Origin: Lama guanicoe
Lineage: Eukaryota
DNA: 64,000 bases
Reading direction: 5' to 3'
Assembly (NCBI GenBank): GCA_013239625.1
Contig: MU054308.1
Location: 107,356 to 171,355, forward strand
Position 1 is the first letter of the stretch. Each line of letters begins with the position of its first letter. Positions 25,701 through 38,562 of the stretch are shown piece by piece. Below the pieces are notes generated by a model that was not told the DNA's origin, ran no database searches, and saw only the letters and a program-made list of their open reading frames with translations. The translations under genes and the position numbers were made by a program.

Positions 25701-28700
25701 ACCAGCTCTAGGAAACATGCTGAGAAAACAGGGTAAATGTTTCTAAATTGCTCTTTCTGCTTGATTAAGGAACGCTTCCTCACATGTTCCATTCTGGGAT
25801 CCAAATGTGTGTGGAAGCCGTCCATCAACTACCCTGTTGGGAATACAGAGTTTCTGGATTAGTGGCACTGGCTTACTTATATATATATAAAGGGAGGAAC
25901 TAGCTCCAACTCGGCTTTCTAGCGCAAACTGCCTTTACCTTGAAACCAGCTCTAGGAAACATGCAGAGAAATCAGGGTATGTGTTGCTAGATGTACATTA
26001 CCCTTTGTGTTAAATGATTGAACATTTCTCCACATTATCCATTCTGGGATCCAAATGTGTTTGGAAGCAATCCTTCACCTACCTTGTTGTTAACACAGTT
26101 TCTGGGATAGGGGCACTGGCCAACCTGTATATATAAGGGAAGGCTCTCAATCCAACTCGATTTACAGTACAAACTGCTTTTACATTGAAACCAGTTCAAA
26201 GAAACATTCTGAAAAAGAGGGTATGTATTTCAAGATATATCTTTCCCCTTTGAGCTAGATTAGAGAACGCTTCTCATCATGTTCCATTCTGGGATCCAAA
26301 TGTTTGTGTAAGCCAACCTTCAAAAACCTTGTTGTGAACATAGAGTTACTGGGTTAGAGTCACTGGCCTACCTATATATATTAGGGGAGATCCTCTCTCC
26401 AAGTCATTTATTAGCGCAAACTGCCTTTACCTTGAAACCGACTATAGGAAACATGCTAAGAAATCAGGGTAATTGTTTCTAGATGTACACTTTCTCTTTG
26501 TGCTAAATAAATGAATGTTTCTCCACATTTTCCATTATAAGATCTGAATGTGTGTGCTAGCCGTCCTCACCTACTTTGTTCGGATCACAGAGTTTGTTTG
26601 TTAGAAGCAATGGCCTAGCTATATAAAAGGGGAGGCACTCGCTCCAACTCAGTTTTCCAGAGCAAACTGCCTTTACCTTGAAACCAGCTCTAGGAAACAT
26701 GCTTAGAAATCAGGCTAAGTGTTTCTAAGTGTACCATTGTGCATTGTGCTAGATGAATGAACACTTCTCCAAATGTTCCATTCTGAGTCTGAATGTGTGT
26801 ATAAGCCACCCTTCACCTACCTTGTTGGGAACACAGAATTTCTGGGTTAGGGTCAGTGCCCTACCTCTATACATAAGGAAAGGCACCTGCTCCAAATCGC
26901 TTTTCCATCACAAACTGGCTTTACCTTGCAACTGGTTGCAGGAAACATGCTGAGAAATCAGGGTGTTTCTAGATGTATCTTTGACCTTTGTGCTAGATGA
27001 ATGAATGCTTTTCCACATGTTCCACTGTGGGATCGGAATGTTTGTTGAATCTGCCTTACACCTACCTTGTTGGGAACACAGAGTTTTGAGTTAGTAGTAC
27101 TAGCCTACCTATATATATAAGGGAAGGCACTCACTCCAACTCAGTTTTCCAGTGCAAACTGCCTTTACCTTTAGACCGACTCTAAGAAACATGCTTAGAA
27201 GTCAGGCTGTTTCTAGATGTGCCCTTGCTGTTTGTACTGAATGAATGAACTCTTCTCCAATGTTCAATTCTTGGACTGAGAGATTGTGGAAGTTGTCCTT
27301 CTCCTACTTTGTTGGTAGAACAGTGTATCTGGGTTAGTGGCACTGGCCTACCTATATATATATAATGGGAGGCACTCTCTCCAACTCGGTTTTTTAGCAT
27401 AAACTGCCTTTACGTTGAAACTGATGCAAGGAAACATGCTGAGAAATCTCGGTAAGTATTTCTGAAGTACCATTGCCCTTTCTGCTACATAAATTAATTC
27501 TTCTACACATGGTCCATTCTGGACCCGAATGGGTGTGACAGCCGTCTTTCACCTACCTTGTTCAGAACACAGAGTTTCTGTGTTAAGGGCACTGGGCTAC
27601 CTACATATATATAAGGGGAGGCACTCACTACAACTCAGTTTTCCAGAGCAAACAGCCTCTAACTTGAAACCGGCTAATGAAACATGCTGAGAAATCAGGG
27701 AAAGTATTTCCATGTGTACCCTTGCCCACTCTGCTAGATGAAAGAATGCTTCAGCAGATGTTCCATTCTGTGATCCTAATGTGTGTGGAAACCATCATTC
27801 ACCTACTTTGTTCTGAACACAGAGTTTCTGGTTTAGGGGAACTGGCCTACCTATATATATTAGGGGATGCACTCACTCCAACATGTTTTCTTAGTGCAAA
27901 CTGCCTTTTCCTTGAAACCAGCATTAGGAAACATGCTGAGAAATCAGGATAATTCTTTCTAGATGTATCCCTGCCCTTTGTGCTAGAAGAATGAAAGCTT
28001 TTTCACGTGTTCAATTCTGGGATCCGAATGTGTGTAGCAGCTGTCCTTTGACTACATTGTTGGGAACACAGAGTTTCTGGGTTAGGGACACTTGCCTAAC
28101 TGTATGTAAGTTCAGGCACTGGCCACAACTTGGTTTTCCAGCGCAAACTGCCTTTACCTTAAACCTGCTCTAAGAAACATGCTGAAAAATCAGAATAAGT
28201 GTTTCTAGATGCACCCTTGTACACTATGCTAGATGAATGAACACTTCTCCAAATGTTCCATTCTGGAATCCGAATGTGTAAGCAAGCATTCCTTCCCCTT
28301 CCTTGTTGGGAACACAGAGATTATGGATTACGGGAATTTGCCTATCTATACATACAATAGGAGGCACTCTCTCCAAATCAGTTTTCCAGAGCAAACATCT
28401 TTTACCTTGAAACCGGCTCTAGGTAACATGCTGTGATTTGAGGGTTCATTTTCCTAGATGTACCCTTGCTCTTTGTGCTAAATGAATGAATGCTTCTGTA
28501 CATGTTCAATTCTGGGATCCGAATGTGTGTATAAGCCACCCTTTATGTACAATGTTAGGAACATGGAGTTTCTGGGTTGGGGGCCCTGGCCTACCAATAT
28601 ATATATTAGGGAAGGCTCTCACTACAGCTCAGTTTTCCAAAGCATTTTGTCTTTACCTTGAAACCGGCTCTAGGAAACATGCTGAGAAATCAGGGTAAGT

Positions 28701-29701
28701 GTTGATAGATGTACACTGCCCTTTGTGCTAGGTGAATGAAAGCTTCTCCATATTTTCCATTCTGGGATCTGAATGTGTGTGGAAGCCCTCTTTCACCTAC
28801 CTTGCTGGGAACACAGAGTTTGTGGATTAGGGACACTGGCCTACCTATATATATTAGGGGACCCACTTGCTCCAATTCAGTTTTTTAATGCAAATTTCCT
28901 TTACCTTTAAACTGGTTCTAGGAAACATGCTGAGATATCAGGGTACGTGTTTCTAGATGTACCCTTGCCCATTGTGCTAGATGAATGAACGCTTCTCCAT
29001 AAGTTCCATTCTGGGATTCAAATGTGTGTGGAATGCATCCTACCCTTATGTTGCTGGTAACACATAGTTTCTGGGTTAGGGTCACTGGCCTCCCTATATA
29101 TATATACAGGGAGTCACTCCCTACAACTCGATATTCCAGTGAAAACTGCCTTTATGTTGAAACCAACACTAGAAAACATGCTGAGAAATCAGGGTAAGTG
29201 TTTATAGATTTACCATTGCCCTATCTTCTAGATAGTTGATCACTTCTGCACATGTTCCATTCTGGGATCCTAATGTGTGTGGAAGCCATTGTTCACCTAT
29301 TTTGTTTGTAGCACAGAGTTTTTCGTAGTGGCACTGGCCTACCTATATATGTAAGGGGAGGCAATCACTCCAACTTGGTTTTCCAGTGCAAAAGCCTTTA
29401 CCTTAAAAGCTGCTCTAGGAAATATGTTGAAAAATCAGGGTTAGTATTTCAAGAAGTATCCTTGCTCTTTGTTCTAGCTCAATGAACGCTTCTCCACCTG
29501 TCACATTCTGGGATCTGAATATGTGTGTAAGCCACCCGTCACCTACCTTGTTGGGAACAGAGAGTTTCTAGGTTAGGGGTAATGGTCTACCTATAATAAA
29601 AGTGGAGTATATTGCTCCAAATTGGTTTTCCAGCCCAAACTGCCTTTAGCTTGAAAACGGCTCTAGGAAACATGCTGAGAAACCAGGGTAAGTGTTTCTA
29701 G
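16705..29701 (+). repeat. Satellite array, ~248-252-bp monomer, forward block (~52 monomers) with three variant domains
   Basis: tgagaaatca marker at 16791, 17039 and 22746, 22996, 23244, 23496; recurrent ctctaggaaacatgctgagaaatcag, gaatgtgtgtggaagcc, gttgggaacacagagttt; ends abruptly at ...gtgtttctag 29701. Confidence 0.97.
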
Positions 29702-31446
29702 GGAGTGTCTTTATCCAGCCTAATTCACATAAATATTTCCTTTCTGAAATCCAAAAGACCAACACTATTTACTATAGAGGAATTTAGTAACATTATCTCA
29801 TGTATCACCTTTCTGTGAAACTTTAAATACATAATTCCTTGATATACCTCCCATGTAATACCTTATTCTATTAAAGATGTAAAAAACTTACTTCTTATAA
29901 ACTTGTCAAGTTTTCTCTTGATATTTATGGCAAAAGAAGAAGAGTGACTGTATTACTTAATTCCTAAGACCTAACAGATTGCATGCAATGGCTATTTATT
30001 AATGTCACTGGACTATCACCTTATTCTTTGAATACCCTAGGTGACTTAGCTTGTGAATACCCTAAGGTTCTTACAATAAAAATCACCAGTGGGCAATATG
30101 TTTACCTAGAAGATACTTTGTGACTGTCTGCTTTACCTTCCACTTCTAGATTCACTCTCAAGTCGCTGGCATAAAATTAGACTAATTAGGCAAGTTAGGA
30201 CCATAAAGAAGTGGAATAAAAATATTGGTCAGGAAAAACAGTGTATAAATAAATATATCAAGAACCACTCTGTATCTGCAGCTAGTATTCCATGGGACAA
30301 AATCTTTCCAGTGTTAGTATGTCCCTACGCTTCTTACTTACTTACAGAGTGATGAGAATTTGTATTCTGGAAATTGGAAATTCGATTATTTTCCATTGTA
30401 TCTTTAGCACAGAGAATCCAGCACATACAGGAATTCAGTCAAGTAGAAAAGTAAATTCAAAGTGATTTTTTAGACACACAAACGTACACCATACAAGTGA
30501 GCTATAGTCACTTTTGTGAAAGACACATCAAGTTTATTGAAGTAAACCTGGAGGTAAACTTAGAGGTAACTTAAACTACTTTAAAAAAGAAAAGAAAAGA
30601 AAGAAAGAAACTTCTGAATTTAATGATTGGGTGAATTGGCTTGATTATTGTCCAAAACTCTTAGGCTCCCAAAACGCACATTTCTCAGCTCTCATCTGTG
30701 GACCTATGATTTTATTGAAAACCATAGCATCTCTACTTCTTGTGCCACTCTTTACTTCCAACCTTAGAACATTGCTTTGCATTCAGTAGTATCTTTTATC
30801 TCAATATTTATTGACAGGCAAACTATTCTCAGCCAATTCGAATAGTTCTGTCAACAAAACATTTCTGTGATGGGCTGCTGATCTGCTTGGCTCCTGCATA
30901 AAACTGCCTGGCCAAAAGAGCTGGAAATGTAGTGTCTTGGTGGCTGCAGGGAGCCTCACTATCCCTCTAACAGATCACCCTCCTCTCCTCCTGTCATGAC
31001 TTCTCTCCCACACTGACTAGCACAGCCGACTCAGCTGAATTCTGTAACTTATTTGCTCAGTTGCCTCCCACAGACTTAGACCTTTTTCCATATTTCTTTG
31101 TTCAAAAACTTAAGAAAGATTTCCAGTTTCTAGTTCCACATGCCAGGAGACTGGAAGTAACTACTTCATTCTAACAATAAGTAAAAAGTTTAATGGATTG
31201 AAAAATCAGCAACTCTTCTAGGATCCATAAGAAAAGAGAGGACACATGGCAAGCTGCTACCTCCAAGTTTGGAGAGACATACAGGAAAATATAGGGAGAC
31301 ATGGCTCACTAGAGCAGAGACTCACCAGCAGAAACTGCCACAGGAACCAGTGCTGGAGCAAGAAAATGTGCGCTGTAATGGATAGATATTAACCCAGCTA
31401 TATCAGTGATCACTTTGAACATCAATATTCTAAGTGCATCCGTTCA

Positions 31447-31537
31447 GGGTGGGGGACATAGCTCAGTGATTCAGCACATGCTTAGCATGCATGAGGTCCC
31501 GGGTTCAATTCCGAGTCCCTCCATTTGAAAAAAAAAA
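31447..31537 (+). mobile_element. tRNA-derived SINE, Vic-1-like (camelid)
   Basis: G-rich head, A box (tagctcagtg), B box (ggttcaattcc), A-tail; same family as 63597-63698. Confidence 0.8.
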
Positions 31538-32984
31538 TCGAATAATGACTGAAAATATAAATCCATTACTAGGGGCAGTATTGTTTTGTTTTTAATTTAC
31601 AGACAACATTCTTCTCAGTCATCTCAGGAGCAAATAAAAGAAGTGTCTTAATTGGGACCCAACCCTATCTTTCACAAATTTCCCCGGCATTTTGTTTTAG
31701 ATAAGACCAGAGACTGTCCCAAAGACAGTTTCTTATCTACCTAGCACCAAGTTAGAATAACTTTTGTGATCTTTTTGTTTTCTAAAAACTGCATCATTAA
31801 TTTCACATTTTAAAGAAGACACTGAGCCCTAGTGGTTATGAATATAATTAAGTGTATTTTCAAAGACTCAAATTTCAGGAACTGAACCCAAGTTAAATTC
31901 ATTCTTCTGGATCATTGTTGAATATTTCCACTATGTAATTTGCCCAACTCTCTTGTTATGCCTTAAAAAAATAAATGTATATCTGGTGGATGAGCCAGTG
32001 CATTTGGATTATTTTGTTTTCTTTTTAAAAATAATCATAATATCTGGATCACGTTGTGAACAAGATGTTCGAGTTTAGCTTTATCAGTATGTTTTATGTG
32101 CTTTTCTTTCTGTACATTTCTAGCCATATTTGAGCCTTCTTAAAGTTTTACAAACTTGAAAACTTTCTATAATGTATAATCCACTGATTAATGGGATTAA
32201 TTACAAAAAGTGACCATGAATTTCACAGTCATTTTATCTAATTTAAAAATATGTTCATTGTGCAAATCTCAACATCTGTAAAGTTAAAATAGAAAATTCT
32301 CTTTCCTTCTCTCCAATTTTACATGCCAGAGATATCAATGGGTAACAGTTTGACATGTATCATTTCAGATTTTATTTTCCTATTCACATAGAAACATGCA
32401 TGTACATATATTTTAATTTAGTTTAATCTTTACTGTGAAAAATTTGAAAGTTGTGGAAATTAGAATATTATAATGAGCCAATATATACCTTTCACCCAAC
32501 TTGAACTCTCAATTTTCCACAGTCTTGCTTCATCCACACTCCCACACACTTTCTTCCATCCCTCACTTGGTTATTTAAAAAAAAAAGGCATAATATTTTA
32601 TTAGTCAATACTTTAGTATTTATTTATCTCTAAAACATAAGACATTTAAAAACCATTACCATATGGAAAATTTTCTAAATAAATAACTTCAAATAAAATG
32701 AAATAGTGTTCAAGTATTCCTAAATATCTGAAAAATATATAAACTATGTACATATATATACCATAACTATACTAGACATAATGCTAGTTTATTGCAGAAA
32801 AATTTAAACTTTAAAGGAAAATGGTAGATGAAAGAACATTATTGGGATCCATTGGGATCTTTGAGCTTATATTTTACACTCCTATTAATTTATGAAATTC
32901 TTTCTGTGGTCAGGCTTAAAGCTCACTTCCTCCATAAATGGCTACTAATATCACCTATCATTAAATCTGTGTGTTTTCCAACCC

Positions 32985-33550
32985 TATATCATTAGTGAAA
33001 TGCCTTTTAATGACTTTTGCCCATTTTTTGAATTGAATTGTCTTTATTTCTTTATTTTACTTTGGAGTTTTGATATGGACTTAAGAGAGGAATCCTTGGT
33101 CAGATGTGTGGTTATCAAATATTTTCTCCCTTGCTCTAGCTTTTCTTTTTATCCTCTCAAAAGTCTCTTTCATATAGCAAAAAATTTTCATTTTGATGAA
33201 GTCCAATATGCTGATTTCTTTTCCTTTATAGGTCATGCTTTTGGTGTCAAGTCTAAGAAGTCACCACTCAGCATCAGCTCCCCATGGTTTCTCCTATGCA
33301 ATCATCTAAAAGTTTTGTAGTTTATGTTTTACATGAAGGCCTATGTTTCATTTTGAGTTAATTTTTGCATAAGGTGTAAGACTTAAGTCAAGGTTCATTT
33401 TTTTCTATGCATATCCAATTGTCCCAGTACCATTGGTTGAAAAGACTTTTGAAAAATTGCTTTTTGTATATTTGTCAAAAATCAGTTTTCTGTTCTTGGG
33501 TGGGGGCTATTTCTGGCTTTTCTATTCTGTTCCATTAACTTATGTGTCTA
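32985..33550 (-). mobile_element. Old L1 ORF2 fragment, antisense
   Basis: ttttgatgaagtccaat, tgcttttggtgtcaagtctaagaa, catttgagttaatttttg-like, tatccaattgtcccagtaccatt. Confidence 0.8.
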
Positions 33551-33804
33551 CTGACTAATATAAATTTTATGTAATGGTTCTAAATATTTCCTACTATACA
33601 ATCTAGTCACCTGTCTACTTTAGTCTCCTGTTCATTGTTGTCCTCAACCAAGGACTCTTATCATAATGTTCCTGCTGTAAGCTTTTTGTTTTGGGGTTTT
33701 TTTTTTTGGTCTATAAAGAAAATATATAGAATCTTGAATATTATTCTATTTAATGGCATTTTGTGAATTTCCTTGTGAAGAATTTAGTCTCTTTATTAAG
33801 CTTT

Positions 33805-35370
33805 CTTAGAGGGAAATCTCTCAGCCTCACCACTGAGTATGTTAGCTGTGGGCATTTCATATGTAGCATTTATTATGTTGAGGTAGTTATCTTTTATTCC
33901 TAGTTTGTTGAGGGTTTACATCATTAAAAGGTGTTAAATTATGTCAAATGCTCTTTCTGCATAAATTGAGATGATCATGGGTTCCCTTCACCTTTATTCT
34001 GCTACTGTGGTATATTAAATTGATTAATATTTGTATGTTGAACCATTCTTGCATTCCAATAATAAATTCCACTTGTTCACAGTGTATAATACTTACAAAA
34101 GTGCTGTTAAATTCTGTCTGCTGATATTTTCTTGAGAATTTTCATCAGGGATATTTGTCTGCAATTTTTATAGTGTCTTTGTCAGGATTTGGTATCAGTG
34201 TAATGCTGACAAAATAAAATGAGTCTGGAAATGTTCCCTCCTCTTCAATTTTTTGGAACAGTTTGGGGGAGAATTAGTGTTAATTCTCCTGTAAATATTT
34301 GGTAGACCTCAGAAGTGAAGTCTTCTGGTCCTGAGCTTTTATTTGTTGAAAGATTTTGATGACTGATTCAATCTCCTAACCAGTTTTAGATGTTTAGATT
34401 TTCTTATTCTTTATGGTTCAGACTTGGTAGGTTTTGTGTTTCTAGGAATTTGTCCATTTCATCTGATATATGCTATTTGTTGGTGTACAATTTTTTCATA
34501 TTGCTCTTATAATACTTTTTATTTCTGTAAAATTTATTGTAATATCCCTTCTTTCATTTATGATTTTAGTTATTTGAGTCTCTTTTTTCCATAGTCAATC
34601 TAGCAAAAAGTTTGTCAATTTTGTTTATGTGTTAAATAAAGCAACTCATATTTTTATTGATTTTTCTCTGTAGCTTTTCTTTTCTCATTTTGAATATCTC
34701 TGCTTGAATCTTTATTAACTCCCTGCCGCTAGATTTGCATTTAGTTTTTTCTTTTTTAGTTCTTTAATGTGTAAGTTGTTGAGTTGGAAATCTTTCTTTT
34801 TTTAATATAAGCATTTGCAGGTATTAATTTCCTTCTTAGTACTACTTTTACAGAATCCCTAAGTTTTATATGCTAGGTTTTCATTTTCATTTGACTCAGT
34901 TTTCCTAAATTTTCTTATGATTTTTTCTCTGGCTCATGGGATGTTTAAGGGTGTTAATTCCTCACATTAGTGTATCTTCCTGTTTTTTTTTTCTGCTATT
35001 GATATCTAGTTTCATTCCATTTTGATTTACAAGATTATTTGTATGATTTCAATCTTTCTAAATTTATTGAGACATTTTTGTGGCCTGACATATAGTGTAA
35101 CCTGGAGAATATTCCATATGTACTAGAGAAAAATGTGTTTTGCTCTTGTGAAGTGGAGTTTTCTATATATATCTCTTAGGTTCAACTGATCTGTAATGTT
35201 GTTCAAGCCCCCTATTTCCTAACTGATCTTCTGTCTTGTTGTTCTACCTATTATTGAAAGTGTGTTGTTGATGTCTCCTACTATTATTGTAGAGCTGTCT
35301 ACTTCTCCCTTCAATTTTGTCAATGTTTGCTTCATATATTTAGGAGCTTTAATTTCTGCTACACTTGTCA
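33805..35370 (-). mobile_element. L1 ORF2 fragment, antisense
   Basis: gttagctgtggg, tgtcaaatgctctttctgcat..attgagatgatcatg, tctaggaatttgtccatttcatct, gtattaatttccttcttagtact. Confidence 0.88.
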
Positions 35371-35384
35371 TTATAAAATATATT

Positions 35385-35968
35385 TGCATAAAAACTCAAC
35401 TGAAAAATAGGCAGGAGACCTGAATAGACATTTTTCCAAATAAGACATACAGATGGACAACAAGCACATGAAAAGATGCTCAACATCACTAGTAATCAGA
35501 GAAATGCAAATCAAACCCACAATGAGGCATCACCTCACACCTGTCAGAATGGCCATCCAAAAGAACCCAAATAACAAATGTTGGCAGAGATATGGAGAAA
35601 AGGAATCCCTCATATGCTGTTGGTGAGAATGTAAATTGGTGTAGCCACTGTAGAAAACAGTATGCAGGTTCCTCAATAAGCTAAAAATGGAACTACCATA
35701 TGATCCTTGGTGTATATCTATATATATACATATATATACACACACATACATACAATGGAATACTAATCAGCCATAAAAAATGAAAATTTGCCATTTACAA
35801 CAACATGGATGGACTTGCAGGATATTATGCTTGGTGAAATAAGTCAGACAAAGACAAATACTGTATGATATCACTTGTATGTGGAATCTAAAAAACACAA
35901 CAAATTATAAACTAGTGAATATAACAAAAAAGAAACAGACTTATAGAGAACAAACTAGTGGTTACCAT
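35385..35968 (+). mobile_element. L1 ORF2 end/3' UTR, internally deleted
   Basis: gacctgaatagacatttttcc, gaaaagatgctcaacatcact, cacctcacacctgtcagaatggc, tgtggaatctaaaaaa. Confidence 0.9.
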
Positions 35969-36138
35969 GTTACATTGTTTGTCTTTGTGTTGCTTAGTTA
36001 AGTGACTGTGCTAGTTTGTTATCATTCAGGATCATCAGGGTGTGCTTAAATAACACATTACTCATAACAACTGAATTATCTTACTTATTGGAACTCTTAA
36101 CAGTTTCTTCATTTCTAACATATGAGAGTTTTCTCCTG

Positions 36139-36328
36139 CACAGTGAAAAAAACTGTCAATGAATATACATATGTTCATGTATAACTGAAATATTGTGTTC
36201 TACACTGGAATTTGACACATTGTAAAATGACTATTACTCCATAAAAAACTTAAAAAGAGAAAAAGAAGAAAAAAAGAAAAAATTTTAACACAAAATAAAG
36301 CACTCAGATGTAAAACAGAAAAAAAAAA
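36139..36328 (+). mobile_element. 5'-truncated L1 tail with 14-bp TSD and probable short 3' transduction
   Basis: TSD agagttttctcctg at 36125-36138 and 36329-36342; body similar to the L1 end at ~1240-1350; two A-tails. Confidence 0.8.
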
Positions 36329-36583
36329 AGAGTTTTCTCCTGGATCAATCTCCCTGTAATCACTTGAAACTCTCATTTTAAAATGTTGCTTTATGGTTTG
36401 GTTTCAAGATTCTAACCCTAGTCTGTATTAACTTTTATAGCTTTTCCTTTTTTAAGTTTAATTGAAATGAAAACTAGGAAAAAAAAACACCTCTGGCAGC
36501 TGTGATACCAAACAGAATTATATTACAATAAAAGTCCTATAAATGATGAAATGCATTTTTAAACACTTGTAAACAGAACTTAC

Positions 36584-36785
36584 CTGCATGATGTATGGTT
36601 ACTAAGCCTAATGTATGGATTTTCCTTGCTTCTGCTTTTGAAGTCCATGATGCTGAACTAGCAGAGGGTTTTGTTGATGTGTCCCTCCATGGTGTCGTGC
36701 AGGTGGACCCCTAGAATGGGACAAAGAAGGACCAGTAATACACCAGGCACGATATCGTGTCTGGTGTGAAAGCAATGATCATGGC
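36584..36785 (-). pseudogene. ANO6: ANO6 pseudo-exon 18 (202 nt vs 203 expected)
   Basis: tag|AMIIAFTPDTISCLVYYWSFFVPF(fs)GVHLHDTMEGHINKTLC*FSIMDFKSRSKENPYIRLSNHTSC|gtaagt; 1-nt deletion plus TAG. Confidence 0.92.
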
Positions 36786-38035
36786 CTATGCTGGGAGGAA
36801 AACAGTAAAGGGAGCATTAATTTAGAGCCTTTATAGTTATGGTCAACAGACATGCCAGAATTTCATTTTCAGCAGTAGATTTTTTTTTAAGATTCAGAAA
36901 ACTTAATTCTTTCCTGTAAACTGGATAAAGATACTGAATGTCTTAAAATATTTGAGCAACTGCATTAAAGTAGAATAGTTACTTTGCTTTTGGTCTTTAA
37001 CCTAAGGGAATATCTAGAAGTACAATGGCAGTTCAAAATCAAGGGTCTGATCGTTGCCTATTACATTTTTTAAGTTCAGTAAGATTAACTGTATACTAGG
37101 GCACTGTGGATAACTCAAGGGTTGCTTGGATATGTTATATGTAAGTTATATTTTCAAAAATTAGAAATATCATGAAAATCAATCAACATTGGAGATCTAT
37201 TTGGTATAATTTAATCTTTAATAATGTAGATTTAGATAGCCCTTTTGTATATGTAACAGTTATGAAAATAAGTTGGCTTTATATAACTCCTTTGTAGATA
37301 AATGATTAAAAAAAATTTTATCATTTGCTTCTTAATAGTAGAATATTAATTGCATAAAATATATTTTCCTTCAAATTCATAATTTTTCCATATACTATCT
37401 TGACTTGTTTATATAATTCAACCCATAGTCTGATTTATTTGAAACACTCAGTATTGCTTTTGTCTTTTGCTTTATTAGAGAACAAGAATTCTTTATTATT
37501 TTTAATAAAATACACTAGCAGGAAGCTCTACTGGGATTGTTCCATTCACAGAGGCAAGCAATGATACCTGTTTTGTTAGATCAAGTGTCTAAGCCTCTCA
37601 ACATCCAAAAGATTACATGGACAAAGTTAAAAATATCATAAATGATTGACTAACAAAGTTTAGTGTGTTCCTTGATTAAAAGTATAAATATGGGTCAGTC
37701 TTAAATTCAGAAGTAAAGCTCTTATTAATTATATGAGTTTTCTCCAAAATTCTGTAATTTGGGCTTTAAACCCTCCAGTAAAATACTGGTTTGAAGGAAG
37801 AAGAAAGTCAAGAATAGATTCAATCCAAATTCTATGGGAATAAACAAAGCTAAATATTTCAGTCATTTTTTGAAGCAGAACACATAGGTTTTCTGCACCA
37901 TATGATTTTAATAGTATTCATCTGAATACATGGTTTAGACACCATGATACCGCAAGCCAACAAATGAAATCTCAGGCAAAGCAAGAAAAACAGCTAAGGG
38001 GATTTTTTTTATTGCAAAATTTCCCCAACTAGAAC

Positions 38036-38562
38036 TGTAATAGAGGAGAACAAATCTGATGCCATATTGGATCTGTTCATTTACTTTTAAGCTCTGTGTC
38101 CTGTTTTCCAGGCTTAATCTTGATGGCTCGGCACCTTTTGTAAAACAACATTGCCTTTAGCCTAAAACCTACAGGAGAGCCTATTCTCGGGGCTCTGACA
38201 TTTAAGGATGTTAGCACTTCTGCACTTATGCAGAGATGGCAAGTTGCAGAATAGAGAATAACCTTTGTTTTGGTGGAGGTTTACAGGGACACCATAGCCT
38301 GACCCACATGGATGGCTGCAAGAACAATGAATGCCTGCAGCAAGAAGTCTGCACAACCAACCACTCCCCCTCCCCTTTTTAGTTTAAAAGGAGCCTGAAT
38401 TCTGACTTGGGCAAGATGGTTCTCCGGGACATTTGTCCCCCATCTTCTTGGTCTGCCAGCTTTCTGAATAAAGTTACTATAACTTGCCCTGAAACCTAGT
38501 CTCCTGATTTATTTATTTATCACTGTTGTGCAGTGAGCAGAACAAGTTTGGCCTCGGTAACA
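38036..38562 (+). mobile_element. Solo LTR, ERV1 class (resembles MER41-type)
   Basis: Begins TGT, ends ACA, 4-bp TSD GAAC (38032-35 / 38563-66), TATA-like tttaaaa ~38383, AATAAA ~38467. Confidence 0.85.

Noticed and set aside
12995..28875. Dozens of similar 60-107 aa ORFs (e.g. LETGSRKHAEKS, ALGNMLRNQ) suggesting a repeated protein domain
   Set aside because: They occur in several frames and both strands, with random stops; they are translations of the satellite monomer
12989..29701. CRISPR-like repeat/spacer array
   Set aside because: The whole ~250-bp unit is repeated with no unique spacers; mammalian context and no cas genes
22480..29701. TTAGGG in many monomers (gggttagggg) as interstitial telomere
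   Set aside because: Only one hexamer per monomer and never tandem
22480..29701. Splice-donor-like GG|GTAAGT in many domain E monomers
   Set aside because: No paired acceptor or exon structure; explained by amplification of one chance motif
30880..31050. cataaaa followed by GC-richer sequence as a promoter or first exon
   Set aside because: No ORF, splice structure or recognisable homology to support it
38036..38562. MER41-type LTR as an interferon-responsive (STAT1/GAS) enhancer
   Set aside because: I found no TTCNNNGAA site in this copy by eye
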